Shown in pieces: positions 14,001 to 25,717 of a stretch of DNA of 64,000 nt (position 1 is the first letter of the stretch; each line of letters opens with the position of its first letter). The notes under the pieces are model-generated. The model saw only the letters and a list, made by a program, of their open reading frames with translations, made no database searches and had not been told where the DNA came from. The stretch is from Heptranchias perlo (taxonomy: Eukaryota): contig NC_090346.1 in the NCBI RefSeq assembly GCF_035084215.1, forward strand, positions 14,198,001 through 14,262,000, in the 5' to 3' direction. A program made the position numbers and the translations under genes.

Positions 14001-14150
14001 TGCGCATTGAGTGTAACTCTCCTCGTGGGTATCGGCCGGCGAGCTTCGATTCGATTTTAATCGGTGCCGGTGAAGGGAGTCGGAGCCAATGCCCTGCTCC
14101 AGGTGCTAAAGAAGGCGCAGCCTGCGGGAGCCGAGCTGTCAATCAACCAG
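13990..14150 (+). other. NUDT1: NUDT1 probable non-coding exon 1 (5' boundary uncertain)
   Basis: CAG|GTACCT donor at 14151; CpG-rich. Confidence 0.55.
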
Positions 14151-14429
14151 GTACCTGTCCCGGGCTCACAAATGTAACAAATCTTTCATTCATCAAAAGC
14201 CAGAATGGATACATTGCTTGTTCGATTGGAAACATCCTCGCGTTCTAACCATTGACACTGACTCAAGAAGCTGTATTTCCATTGTTAAGATTACGTTACA
14301 ACAGTGGCTACACTTTAAAAAATACTTCATTGTCTGTAAAGCGCGTCTTGCGGTCCTGAAAGGCGCTATATAAATGCAAGTCTTTCTTATGTATACACTA
14401 CCTGAGTTGGTGATTGATCCATGGTCTCA

Positions 14430-14770
14430 ACCCTCCCTATCTCTGTCACCTCCTCCAGCCCTACAACCCTCTGAGATCTCTGCATTCCAAGAACTCTGGA
14501 CTCTTGTGCATCCCCCACACCCTTCGCCCTACCATTGGCGGCGGTGCCTTCAGCTGCCTAGGCCCTAAACTCTGGAATTCCTTCCCTTAACCTCTCTGCC
14601 ATTCTACCCCCCTCTCCTCCTTTAAAACCCTCCTTAAAACCTACCTCTTTGATCAAGCTCCCTGTCCTAATGTCTCCTTATGTGACAATTTTTTGTCTGA
14701 TGACGCTCCTGTGAAGCGCGTTGGGACATTTTACTACGTTAAAGGCGCTATGTAAATGCAAGTTGTTGTT
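14430..14770 (+). mobile_element. L2-clade LINE 3' end
   Basis: ..IGGGAFSCLGPKLWNS..FKTLLKTYLFDQA; tail aaaggcgctatgtaaatgcaagttgttgtt. Confidence 0.8.
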
Positions 14771-14848
14771 TGGCGTATCAAAGCTGTTTTACATCCGTTT
14801 CTTTTGACCGAGAGCTGTCAGCTGTTGATCAACCACTGCTGCGGAGAA

Positions 14849-15000
14849 ATGTTCACCACCAAGCTGTTGACCCTCGTGATGGTCAGGAGGCAGCGGCAGA
14901 TCCTGCTGGGGATGAAAAAACGGGGGTTTGGAGTAGGCCGGTGGAATGGGTTTGGAGGCAAAGTGCAGCCTGGAGAAACCATAGAGGAAGGAGCAAAGAG
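14849..15000 (+). CDS. NUDT1: NUDT1/MTH1 oxidized purine nucleoside triphosphate hydrolase, coding exon 1
   Basis: [45 protein letters not shown]; donor GTAATG 15001. Confidence 0.96.
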
Positions 15001-15319
15001 GTAATGTTTGTGGAGCTTTTTACATATTGCTTTTTCTTCCCCTCCCTGTCCCCATAAAAGATGCTAATTCTCACTGGAATACAATTCCGCAGTGGGGCAG
15101 CAACCTTCCAGTCGCCATCTTCAAGCCTAGAACAGTGAGTGTCGGCAGGCTGTTCGACCAGGGAGGGCATTGCAGGCACGCCGATCCTGTCATGATCCCC
15201 ACACATGCATTCGATCCAGCATGGATCTCTGAATAGTGATCAGGAGTGGGTATCCTGGCTGATTCCCCATCTCTGGTATAGGTGTACTGAGGCCAAATGT
15301 AGTGCCTTAGCTCAGATCA

Positions 15320-15840
15320 TAGAATCTTATAGCATAGGAGGCCATTCAGCCCATCATGCCTGTGCCAGCTCTTTAAAAGAGCTATCCAATTAGTCCCACT
15401 CCACCACTCTTTCCCCATAGCCCTGCAATTCTTTTCTTTTCAAGTATTTATCCAATTCCCTTTTGAAATTTACTATTGAACCTACTTCCACTGCCCTTTC
15501 AAGCAATGCATTCCAGATCATAACAACTCACTGTATATCCCCTCTGTTTCTTTTGCCAATTATCTTAAATCTGCGTCCTCTGGTTACCTACTCTCCTGCC
15601 AGTGGAAACAGTTTCTCCCTATCTGCTCTATCAAAACCCCTCATAATTCCAAACACTTCCATTAAATCTCCCCTTAACCTTCTCTGCTCCAAGGAGAACA
15701 ATCCCAGCTTCTCTAGTTTCTCCAGATAACTGAAACTCCTCATCCCTGCTACCATTCTAGTACATCTCCTCTGCACCCTCTCCAAGGCCTTGACATCATT
15801 CCTATAATGTGATGCCCAGAATTGGACACAATACTCCAGC
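15320..15840 (-). mobile_element. CR1 3' fragment
   Basis: ORF 15588..15785 (RRLRGDLMEV) and CR1 tail. Confidence 0.8.
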
Positions 15841-16155
15841 TAGTTCATCGCAGACAGGAGTTTCAATCTGGGGCCTTCTGGTCTGGGTGGTTTAGTGCTG
15901 CGCTATCCTTAACAACGAAGCATCAGGAGAACTGATAGCCTCTCGTTAATCAGTGTGATATTGTTGTCAGTGAATGCAGCTATCAGTGCTGCTCAATGGA
16001 GTTGAGGTACAGATCAGCCATGATCTAATTGAATGGCGGAACAGGCTCAAGGGGCTGAATGGCCTCCTCCTGTTTCCCACGCTCCAGCCATCAGAAATAT
16101 TCATTTGAAACCTCTTTTTAATTTGTGTTTAAAGTAAAGGTACTTCCTTCCTCAG

Positions 16156-16301
16156 GGAATTATGGGAGGAGAGCAGTCTGACTGCGCACAGCTTGGAAAA
16201 AATCGGACAGATCAAGTTTGAATTTGTCGGTGAGACGGAACTCTTGGACGTTCACATATTCCGTACAGTTGGTTACCAAGGGGAACCAGTGGAATCGGAA
16301 G
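16156..16301 (+). CDS. NUDT1: NUDT1 coding exon 2 (absent from the ORF track)
   Basis: [48 protein letters not shown]; ctcag acceptor, gtaatg donor; phases consistent. Confidence 0.95.
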
Positions 16302-16364
16302 GTAATGACCACACTTCAAAAGTAATTCATTGACTGCAAAGCACTTTAGGGCATCCTGAGGATG

Positions 16365-17229
16365 TGTTCAAATCCCTCCATGGCCTCGTCCCTCCCTATC
16401 TCTCTAACCTGAGCAGCCCTACAACCCTCCGAGATCTCTGCATTCCTCCAATTCTGGCCTCTTGCATAGAATGTACAGCACAGAAACGGGCCATTCAGCC
16501 CAACAGGTCTATGCCAGCGTTTATACACCACACAAGCCTCCTCCCTCCCCTCTTCATCTTACCCTATCTGCATAACCTTATATTCCATTCTCCCCCATGC
16601 GTTTATTTTGCATCCCCTTAAATACATCAATGCTATTCCCCTCAACTACTCCTTGTGGTAACCATTCTCTGGGTAAAGAAGTTTCTCCTGAATTCCCTAT
16701 TGGATTTATTGGTGACTATCTTATATTTATGGTCCCTAGTTTTGGACACCTCCACAAATGGAAACATCTTCTCTGCGTCTATCCTATCACACCCCGTCAT
16801 AATTTTAAAGACTTCTATCGGGTTTCAGCCTTCTGTTTTCTAGAGAAATAGCCCCAGCCTGTTCAATCTTTACTGATAAGTACAACCTCCCAGTTCTGAT
16901 GTCATCCTTGTAAATCTTTTTTGCATCTTCTCCAGTGCCTCTTTATCCTTTTTATAACATGGAGACCAGAACTTGTGCATCCCCAATTTCCATCGCCCCA
17001 CCATTGGCGGCTGTGCCTTCAGCTGTCTAGACCCTAAGCTCTGGAATTCCCTCCCTAAACCTTTCTGTCTCTCCACCTCTCTCTCCTACGTTAAGACCAT
17101 CCTTAAAACCTACCTCTTTGACCAAGCTTTTGGTCATCTGTCTGAATATCTGCTCGTGTGACTCGGTGTCCAATATTGTCTGTTAATCGCCTTGGGATGT
17201 TTTACTGCGTTAAAGGCGCTATAGAAATG
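16365..17229 (+). mobile_element. L2 3' fragment interrupted by an antisense CR1 3' fragment (~16466-16972)
   Basis: L2 breaks at ggcctcttgcat and resumes at cttgtgcatcccc. Confidence 0.75.
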
Positions 17230-17230
17230 C

Positions 17231-17434
17231 AAATAAAAACAGAAAATGCTGGAAAAGCTCAGCAAGTCAGGCAGTATCTGTGGAGAAAGAAACAGAGTTA
17301 ACATTCTGACGAAAGGTCTTCGACCTGAAACATTAACTCTGTTCCTTTCTCCACAGATGCTGCCTCACTTGCTGAGCTTTTCCAAAATTTCTGTTTTTAT
17401 TTCAGATTTCCAGCATCCACAGTATTTTGCTTTT
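17231..17434 (+). mobile_element. Penelope-like pLTR fold-back insertion (subfamily C) with hammerhead motif
   Basis: Arms ~17231-17301 / ~17333-17402, ~32 nt unpaired tail, TSD gctatagaaatg at 17218-17229 and 17435-17446. Confidence 0.8.
17304..17337 (+). ncRNA. Minimal type I hammerhead ribozyme motif (stem III palindrome mutated)
   Basis: CTGACGA-A-AGGTC/TTC/GACCT-GAAA-CA-TT. Confidence 0.6.
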
Positions 17435-17557
17435 GCTATAGAAATGTAAGTTGTTGAGTCCAGCACAATCAATCAGCTTTTTTTTGTTTTGCATTTGTTG
17501 TTTTGAATTTGAAAAACAAAACTTGAGTCTCCACCTCCTGTTTACTGCCTCCCGCAG

Positions 17558-17748
17558 AGATGCGCCCGCAGTGGTTCGACCTGGACAAGGTCCCATTTGA
17601 CAAGATGTGGCCTGATGACATCATCTGGTTCCCCCTGATGCTTCAGGAGAAGAAGTTCAAGGGTCATTTCAAGTTCGAGGGACACGACACTATTCTGGAC
17701 TACACGCTGCAGGAAGTGGACGATCTGGCAGCTGATGAGGAGTCTTGA
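17558..17748 (+). CDS. NUDT1: NUDT1 last coding exon
   Basis: [47 protein letters not shown]..; cccgcag acceptor; TGA. Confidence 0.96.
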
Positions 17749-19515
17749 TTCTGACACATCACGCTCCGAAATACAGGCTGGAAGGGGAAAAGTTTAACAC
17801 ATTCGCCGCCTGCGGTTGTTGAAACACTGGGAATGTACGTTGTAGCAAAACTGTCATCAACGGCCGTTGCAATTTTCTTTTCTCTCAGTGGAAGAATTAA
17901 GTGCTGCTGGTATTTTTACTAATTTTTTTCGGACATTTAATAGGGGATTTAACCTAGAGTCGCCAACTCTGGTTGGACGTTGGAGGTTTCATCACATGTC
18001 CTTCTGCCTCCAACCACCCCACCCCCATACTCTTATCATCAGTCTCTCAACATATCCGTCCTCGAGGCCCACCGCAATCCCGCGCCAATTCATTACCCGA
18101 TTGGATAATTTTTGACCTGTTGTCAAATGGCCCTTTTCCCCATCTGGTACCCCAGTGTTACTGGATGTTGCCAATCTGATGAGCTCAGATTCTGTTTAAG
18201 TTGAACGATCCCATTTGCTGTAATATAAAATATCTTAGTTTAATTAAAACAAAAGTAGACTGTGATTTGTATCCATGGACACAATTAAATTTGTTTTCTC
18301 TTCTTTACATAACATTGATTTTTTTTGAAGGAGAAAGAAACTGCAAGTACATAAATTTTTATTTAAATTGAGCTACTTTCCCCCCTTGTCCCCTCCACAC
18401 AACCACTGGAAGTGCTGCTCTGGAACTGCACACTAGATGGTGCACAAGAGCAGCTGTGTGTCTGACTCCAGACCCAATGCCAGCAATCTCTCTCTTTTTA
18501 TTCTTCTGAAACTGTGCCAAGTCTTTGCTTAAAAACACAGGAGGCAGAAGTCAGCATGGAATGAGACTGTAAACCCAATCTTTATTATAATAATCTAGGA
18601 ATCTGTTGTGGTGTTCTTAAGGTGGCTCTCCTTGCATTAAACCCCAAATCTTATCATGATGATTTAGGACAGGTGGCGGGGCGGGGGGGGGTTAGTGACA
18701 GCAGAATTTCGAAGAGTAGAACAGAAACAGTATTTCAGTGACCACATGTACTGGTTCATTTCCTCTGTATCCTGTGTCTTTCTCAGGGTGACCGCACCGA
18801 GGAGACCAGAGTTTGATCTCAGCTCTCGAAAGGCATTTACATCTGAGCTTCCCGCAGGAAGTGAAATAAATCCGGCTGGGGGGAGAAGTAAATTTCCTGT
18901 ATCGGTGAAGTGCAGGCGCTGGCTGAATGACCGGAGACAGCCTCCTTGTCTCTGGACTCTCAATCCTCCAGAATGAATGAGGTAGTCTGCATACAGGGGA
19001 GGGAGGAAAGGGGAAGGAAAGCAGAAGAGATTAAAGTAGTTTGACCGCACTCTGGCACAGAGGGTCAAAACTGCAACTTGTGGTGATGAAGCAGGGCATG
19101 TGGGTTTGCAACCACAATCTCCCCACCCCCACCCCCACGTAATGTCCCCGGCCAGGGCATTAAACGCTCCCCCCACGCACGGAATAGCTGTGCCTTGGCC
19201 GTGATCTTGCAGTTCGTGTCGGTGAAGAGCCAGGTGCTCTCTTTGCCTTGGCTACTGGGGGGGGGGGGGGGGGGGAGGGGGGCGAGCCCTACCAGCAAAA
19301 AAAGAGAAAAATTGGGATTTACATTAAAAATAAATCAGTATTGCTGGAAAGAAAATGGTTCAGGCGTGTGTGTGATGCCTGCTATAGTGGAATAGTCCAC
19401 AGATGCTTGCCATCCAGGTGGCACGATTGACCATCTGGAAGAAGTGCTGGAGTTCTATTGGCCTATGGAACCATAGCACAACACCAGTCGGTGTCTTCAG
19501 GTCATATAATTTGAG

Positions 19516-19752
19516 TGTGGAGATGCCGGTGATGGACTGGGGTTGACAATTGTAAACAATTTTACAACACCAAGTTATAGTCCAGCAATTTTATTTTAAA
19601 TTCACAAGCTTTCGGAGATTTTCTCCTTCCTCAGGCAAATGTTTCAAGGAGCTCTTGAAACATTTGCCTGAGGAAGGAGAAAATCTCCGAAAGCTTGTGA
19701 ATTTAAAATAAAATTGCTGGACTATAACTTGGTGTTGTAAAATTGTTTACAA
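19516..19752 (-). mobile_element. Penelope-like pLTR fold-back insertion (subfamily A): perfect 99-bp-arm palindrome plus tail
   Basis: Arms 19550-19648 / 19654-19752; tail 19516-19549; TSD atataatttgag at 19504-19515 and 19753-19764. Confidence 0.88.
19662..19702 (+). ncRNA. Minimal type I hammerhead motif (mirror copy on - strand at ~19600-19640)
   Basis: ATTTGC-CTGAGGA-A-GGAGA/AAA/TCTCC-GAAA-GC-TT-GTGAAT; stem I ATTTGC pairs with GTGAAT. Confidence 0.72.
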
Positions 19753-20699
19753 ATATAATTTGAGGAGAGGGCAGTGGACTGGACCGCACTGCAAGGGTTT
19801 TGTTTACACACAATGTCCACGTTCCACACTTTGATGCATCGCTGATGTAAAATTACCAGTCAGCAGCCCACTTCACATCTGTTCAAAGCCAGATCCTAAA
19901 CTCACAGGACTGTTAAACTGTAGGGAGGAAAAAAAACAGAACAGAATTTCACCCCACCCCATGTGGTGCATTAGGAAAATCTGGGAGAAAGTAGACTGAC
20001 CATCAAATATATTTTCACGGTTACAGTAATAGAAGGTGTGATGATGGTGGGTACTTAAGACAGAATGTTTCACGTGGGACTCCATTTTATCCATAGTTCC
20101 TTCACAAAGGCGTTGGGGAGTTAGATTAGAATGAGCACCATCCATCATATTGTAATATGTATCAGACCTAGAGAGTAATCTCCTTAATTTCAAACATTCT
20201 CCTGAATGTACGGTCACATTAGACAGCAGAAAGACACGAAGTTCATAGAATTGATGAATTATAGAATGGTACAGCACAGGAGGCTGCCATTCGGCCCATC
20301 ATGCCTATGAAGACTCTTTGAAAGAGCTATTCAATTAGTCCCACTCCCCTGCTCTTTTCCCACAACCCTGCAAATTTTTCCTTTTCAAGTATTTATCCAA
20401 TTCCCTTTTGAAAGTTACTATTGAATCTGCTTCCACCGCCCTTTCAGGCGGTGCATTCCAGATCAACATAACTCACGCTTAAAAAAATTCTCCTCAGCTC
20501 CTCTGCTGATGGGGTTTTTTTTTTCTCCAGTCAGGGATTAATTTTGACATTTATCTTCCCCGAAATATTATAAAAAGCTGTGTTTCCGTCTGCAACTTAA
20601 ATAAGTTATTTAAAGGAGCTTCTCTGCTGCTTGCAGATCTGTTGCTCAGATACCACAAGCTGATAATTGTAGTTCTGATCGGAACTAAGTGTCAGTTCC

Positions 20700-21015
20700 T
20701 TTGCAACCTCCTCCACCCCTACAACTCTCCGAGAACTCTGTGTTCCTCCAATTCTCGTCTCTTGCACTTCCCTGATTTTCATCGCTCCACCATTGGTGGC
20801 CTTGTCTTTAGCAGCCTAGACCCTAAACTTCTCCGCCTCTCTACTTCCCTCCTCTCCTTAAGACGCTGCTTAAAACCAAGCTTTTTGGTCACCTGTCCTA
20901 ATATCTCATGAGGCTCGTGTCAAATTTTGTTTGATAATCGCTCTTGCGATATAGTGCCTTTAACGTTTTACTACGTTAAAGGCACTATATAAATGCAAGT
21001 TGTTGTTGTTGTTGA
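20700..21015 (+). mobile_element. L2 3' end
   Basis: Same family as 14430-14770; (gtt)n tail. Confidence 0.75.
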
Positions 21016-21589
21016 TGCCTGTGAACGTTTTGAAACTGTTGGGAGTACTGGTGCAGCCTCTACAATTAGCCCCCGTGTCCCCTCCTCCCCTCCCTATGGA
21101 TTTGGCGAAACAGCCAGGATTAAAGTTCCTGGGCACTGTTCGGTTAGCCCTGCTGAAACACGCTTATGTGGACATTTGAGTTAGGAGTGGGCTCAGTGGT
21201 GATGTCCAGTACAGTTAGCCAACCGACACTCTACCTGGGCTCAAACACACACAATTCCGAGGAGGTACTGAAGGGCTGTCGGTGGCTGAGGAACTGTACC
21301 CCATCACAAACCTGCACCTGGTTTTGGCGGGGGGGAAAGAAAAAGGGCAATTCCAAATATAAAAATTCCTGTATTTCCAGTACCCTAGAGGAAACATTCC
21401 CAATTTTTGTTGCGAGAAAGCCACCTGCTCAAGACGTTAGTAGACCATTCCCTCTTCCCCACGCACACAAAGATCCCTCTTCTGCCAACCTTCAAGTTCT
21501 TCAGGGATTGTGGCTCAGCATCTCGCTGATGACAACTTTTTGAAAAAACACACTGCTGGGAGTTTGGAGATTGGCAGCCAAGGATGTCT

Positions 21590-22260
21590 ATTACCATACA
21601 CACTCTCAATCCCAGACCCTTTTTCCTAGAAATAACTACCTACCTCCTTAAACCCTTCTTCATTCCCTCTACCCTTGCCTCAAACACCAAATGTGATACA
21701 CACGTGGATTTCTTACATTCCAAGGTTGAGACCATCTGTGCCTTTCTCATGCCCACTGCTCCCAACCTCATCTCCCACCCTATCTAACCCAGAGATTATT
21801 GCAGTTTCACACCCACCACCACCTTCTAAAAGTTCATCTTGATCATGAAACGCACCTGCTCTTCAGTCCCAACTCACCCCTACGCTGGCTGAAATAGGCA
21901 TCCTCTCTCTCCCTTTTCAAAACTGCCATCAGCCCCTCCTCAGAAAAACCTACCTTCAACTCATTCATCCTCCCCACGGTCCTTGAACATGTGGCTGCCT
22001 CTCAGCTCCATGCCCATCTCTCCTGAAACTCAACTGAATCCCTCCTCATCCTCCCTGCAGCATTCAATATGTTTGACCATGCCATCCTCCCCTAATGCCC
22101 CCACTTACATCACCCAGCTCCACGGGACTGCCCTTTGCATGGTTCCACACATAGCTATCCAAACACAACCAGCACATCTCCAGCAATGGTTCCATTTGCC
22201 TCCCCCACTCACCTTGGGGTCCCCCAAGGATCTGCCCGTAGCACCTATTCTTTCCAGTTT
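21590..22260 (+). mobile_element. Highly decayed L2-like RT fragment
   Basis: Remnants of SAAFDTVDH (ctgcagcattcaatatgtttgaccat) and GVPQGS (ggggtcccccaaggatct). Confidence 0.5.
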
Positions 22261-22536
22261 ATTTGGTGCCACCCAGCAATAGCAACTACAGGCACGGGGA
22301 GGTGTGAAATCTTTACCTCTTCAGCACTTCACAAGAAGCTTAAGCACCAGCTCTGTGTTGTTCGGTCTTTCTGATAGTTGCATCTGTCCCACAAACTTAG
22401 TGAAGTATTGTTTTTGTTTTATGCTTTTGTATCAGGGCTGTTCTCATTTACTCAGTTGTTAGAAGTCACTTTTTTGTTAAAAAAGATAGAATTTTTGAAC
22501 GCTCAGCTGCTTAGAACAGAGACACCATTCCAGAAG

Positions 22537-22554
22537 TTTATTATATAATTTATT
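22537..22554 (-). terminator. SNX8: Tandem AATAAA polyadenylation signals, probable SNX8 3' end
   Basis: tttatt at 22537-22542 and 22549-22554, GU-rich element downstream on the minus strand, AT/TGTA-rich upstream. Confidence 0.55.
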
Positions 22555-25500
22555 GTAGGTACAACTCTTATACTTATACACAGTAAATATATATATAGCA
22601 AACCAATAAGTTTGCTTCATATCTGTATACATTAATAATCTGCAAAGATTTTAACAAATGTTATTCAGTAAAGTGCGTCAAAATATAAAACCCCCTCCAA
22701 CTGATTGAACACAGATAGTATACGTTTATAAGGCAAGTTATTATACAATGTAGATGATAAACACTTAACTTCCCAGTTCAGTAAGAACCATTTGTACTTC
22801 AACATCCTTCCTTGTAAACATTTCCCACAAAAACACAATTTCCTTTGCCACCAACTCTATCTTCTTTCTTCCTCTCCCCCTCCTCGCAAAATAAGCTCAT
22901 TGCTTCCAAAAGAGCAGCAATAACTGACAGCAAAAAGTATGGGGCTGAGACCAGTTACAGCTCCCAAGCCACGAGGAATCAGCCCTGACTGGGAGATCAA
23001 GTGCCACTCATCTTTTTTAAGCTTAAATAATTTTTGAAAATTATAAAGAGGTGCATATTGCTCAGAAAAACTAATTGTAGAGTCTTATCCCTTCTGCAAA
23101 GACAAGTATCCCAATTAACAGATTTTTCTTTCAGACAAATCTGATTACTTCCATCGGAGGTAACCCTCTAAAGAGCACACTCTCATTTAATACAAGTTTT
23201 AAGTGTTTAGCTCTCCATGCTGCTCCTTGGTACTTAAAACATCCATCCACTGTCTTTTCAGTCATAGTGTGAAACCTAGTTAGCTGCCAGTGAAGTGTTT
23301 TGGGGGGGGGGTTAGGTTTTGCACTCGATGTGAGGGGATGTTGATGTGAGGGGATGTTAACACTCGGGGACGGGAGAAATACATTCACCTGGGAACAGCG
23401 CCAAGCACTCCCAGGTCAGGTATCCAGCCAGCTACAGGATGAGCATCTCTCTGTCCAAACAAGGTATATTAAGCTTCAACCTCAAAAGAGCACCCAACCA
23501 CCCCCCGACCTTGCTGCACCAGCGGGAGGTTTCAATTTCTCCAAACACCCAGTTCTGGGACCACTTGAGTGAGGTTGGCTAATTTATAATGCCAAACTAG
23601 ATATAGTACCTACTACAGTGAGGGTGCCCCAAAACACATTTTACATTCAAATCCAGTCCAGACTAATGGAACAGAAGGCTTTGTTGCTCACAGGCAGACT
23701 GGACTGGACGTGAACAGGCAATTGATACCACAAAGTCCCCAGGAAGAGGGGCATATTGCCCATAGACTTATTAAGGCCATTGTAAAGTCTTACTTTAGAG
23801 TCTCCTGAGTAATGGGGGCTGCATATAGTGACACCTCTATTCCCGGCCAGCATGGAGATGATTGGGTGATTCCCCCATCAATCACTCCTGGAGCCCGCAC
23901 TGCTGTAAGTGACTGGTATTGATTTTACGCACATAATTTGTATTATGTAACCATCCTCTACTCACTGCATTTTGTTAGAGAAATAATCCTGCTTTTATCG
24001 GGAGACACTGCTGCAGTTTTGTCATGAGTTCTGTTAGCTGCAGTTCGTAGAGACTCTTTTTAAATAGACTCTGTAGACTGTTTGCTGTAGTGCACTGTTT
24101 AAAGACTCTGCTGAGTAAATAGAACTTACATGCTGTAAAATAAACTGTTTGCTGTTGAGTCCTTCCGTAAGTCCCACCCGCCTCCAACTCATTGGCTGAC
24201 ACAGTGGTGTCAATAGACACTCTGATTAAACGGGCTTTGTCTCAAACAAAACTGATAATTCAATTTAGGAAGAGGCATCTCCCTGCCTCAGAGCTCTGCA
24301 AGCAGATATTTAAGAAAAAAAAAAACAGGCTGCTCCTCCGATATCCCATTCCTGTTCGCCTCCCACCAGTTTCCTCCAAAGTGGGATGTTTCCTACTTGC
24401 TGAGAGCAGCCACTGACTCGGCGACGAAAGGATCTCTCCGCACAAACTCAAACCCATCCTGCCACCGCTGGGTTAAAACACACAGACGGTGAAAGGTCGG
24501 CGATCCACCCTCTTTGTAATCAAGAAATTGGCAAAATTTTTAAAAAACAAACAAAATAAAAGTTTTACTAATTGCCAAAGGAGCTTTCTGCAGCTTAACT
24601 TTTAGTGCGAGAATAACCCTCTTGCCCTCTTCCCCGCCTCCGAGCTTTCAGCCAGCAACACTATCACAATTGGGCAACAAAAGCTGCTATAGGTCTCAGC
24701 AGGACAGCCAGTCCCCCGTCAGTATCAGAGAAACATCCACTGTTTTACTTTTGCCCTCCCATGTAAAAAGAATTGCATTTCTATAGCGCCTTTTAGGACA
24801 TCCCAAAGGGCTTTACAGCCAATAAAGTACTTTTTTTTTTTGGAAGTGTAGTCACTGTTGTAATGTAGGAAACACAGCAGCCAATTTGCGCACAGCAAGA
24901 TCCCACAAACAGCAATGCGATAAATGACTGGATAATCTGTTTTTTTTTTAAAAAAGTGATGTTGGTTGTGGGATAAATATTGGCCAGGACATCCGGGAGA
25001 GAAATCCGTTGCTCTTCTTCGAAAAAGTGTGCCAGGGGATCGTTAGCAGAAGCTAGTAACAGGACTTTGATATGGTGTCATACGGAACAGTAGCAACTTG
25101 GAGTTTCCCCGTTTGCAAAAATGAAACCCCGCAGCAACGGGTCACCCATTTCAGAGTGAGCAGCTGGACAGAGCTACACTGGCAGAGAATTGGGGGGCAG
25201 GTCACTTTCAGCTGGTGAATACTGGACGGATTATAGGATAATCCCGCTGCACAAAATGCCAACGCCAACACAACCCTTGTTAAAGTCTTTGGTGAAACAC
25301 CTGTGCTGGACATTTGCTCGGCCTATGGATTGCTGACCATAGACTGATGGTCGATAGTTAAATCATTTAACCGTTAAAATGCTTCATTTAGGATTGGGGA
25401 ATGCACAAAAGGAGCCAGTGACTTTTCTACAGCTGCCGCCTCTCTCAATTTCCTGTGATGGGGCAAGTAGCCTCGGCTATTACCAATAGTAAAGGATGAG

Positions 25501-25717
25501 GGTACGAGGGAATTTCAGGAATGAAGAGGGGGAGGGAGAGAACAGAAAGGAACCCATACACCACCATTCTGGTCAGCAGAAAAGCCCGTTACTTTGTAGT
25601 TAGAATAAGCATCACGCTGCATATTTTTTTCTGGTGTATCTCACCATGCAAGGACGCACAAGGACAAAGTGACATCTTTCCATGAACTGGAGATGTTCCA
25701 AACTAGCAACCCCAATG

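Noticed and set aside
19516-19752. Classical DNA-transposon MITE or pre-miRNA
   Set aside because: Asymmetric tail, 12-bp TSD, hammerhead core and homology to the GIY-YIG-linked element at 48.7 kb point to a PLE origin.
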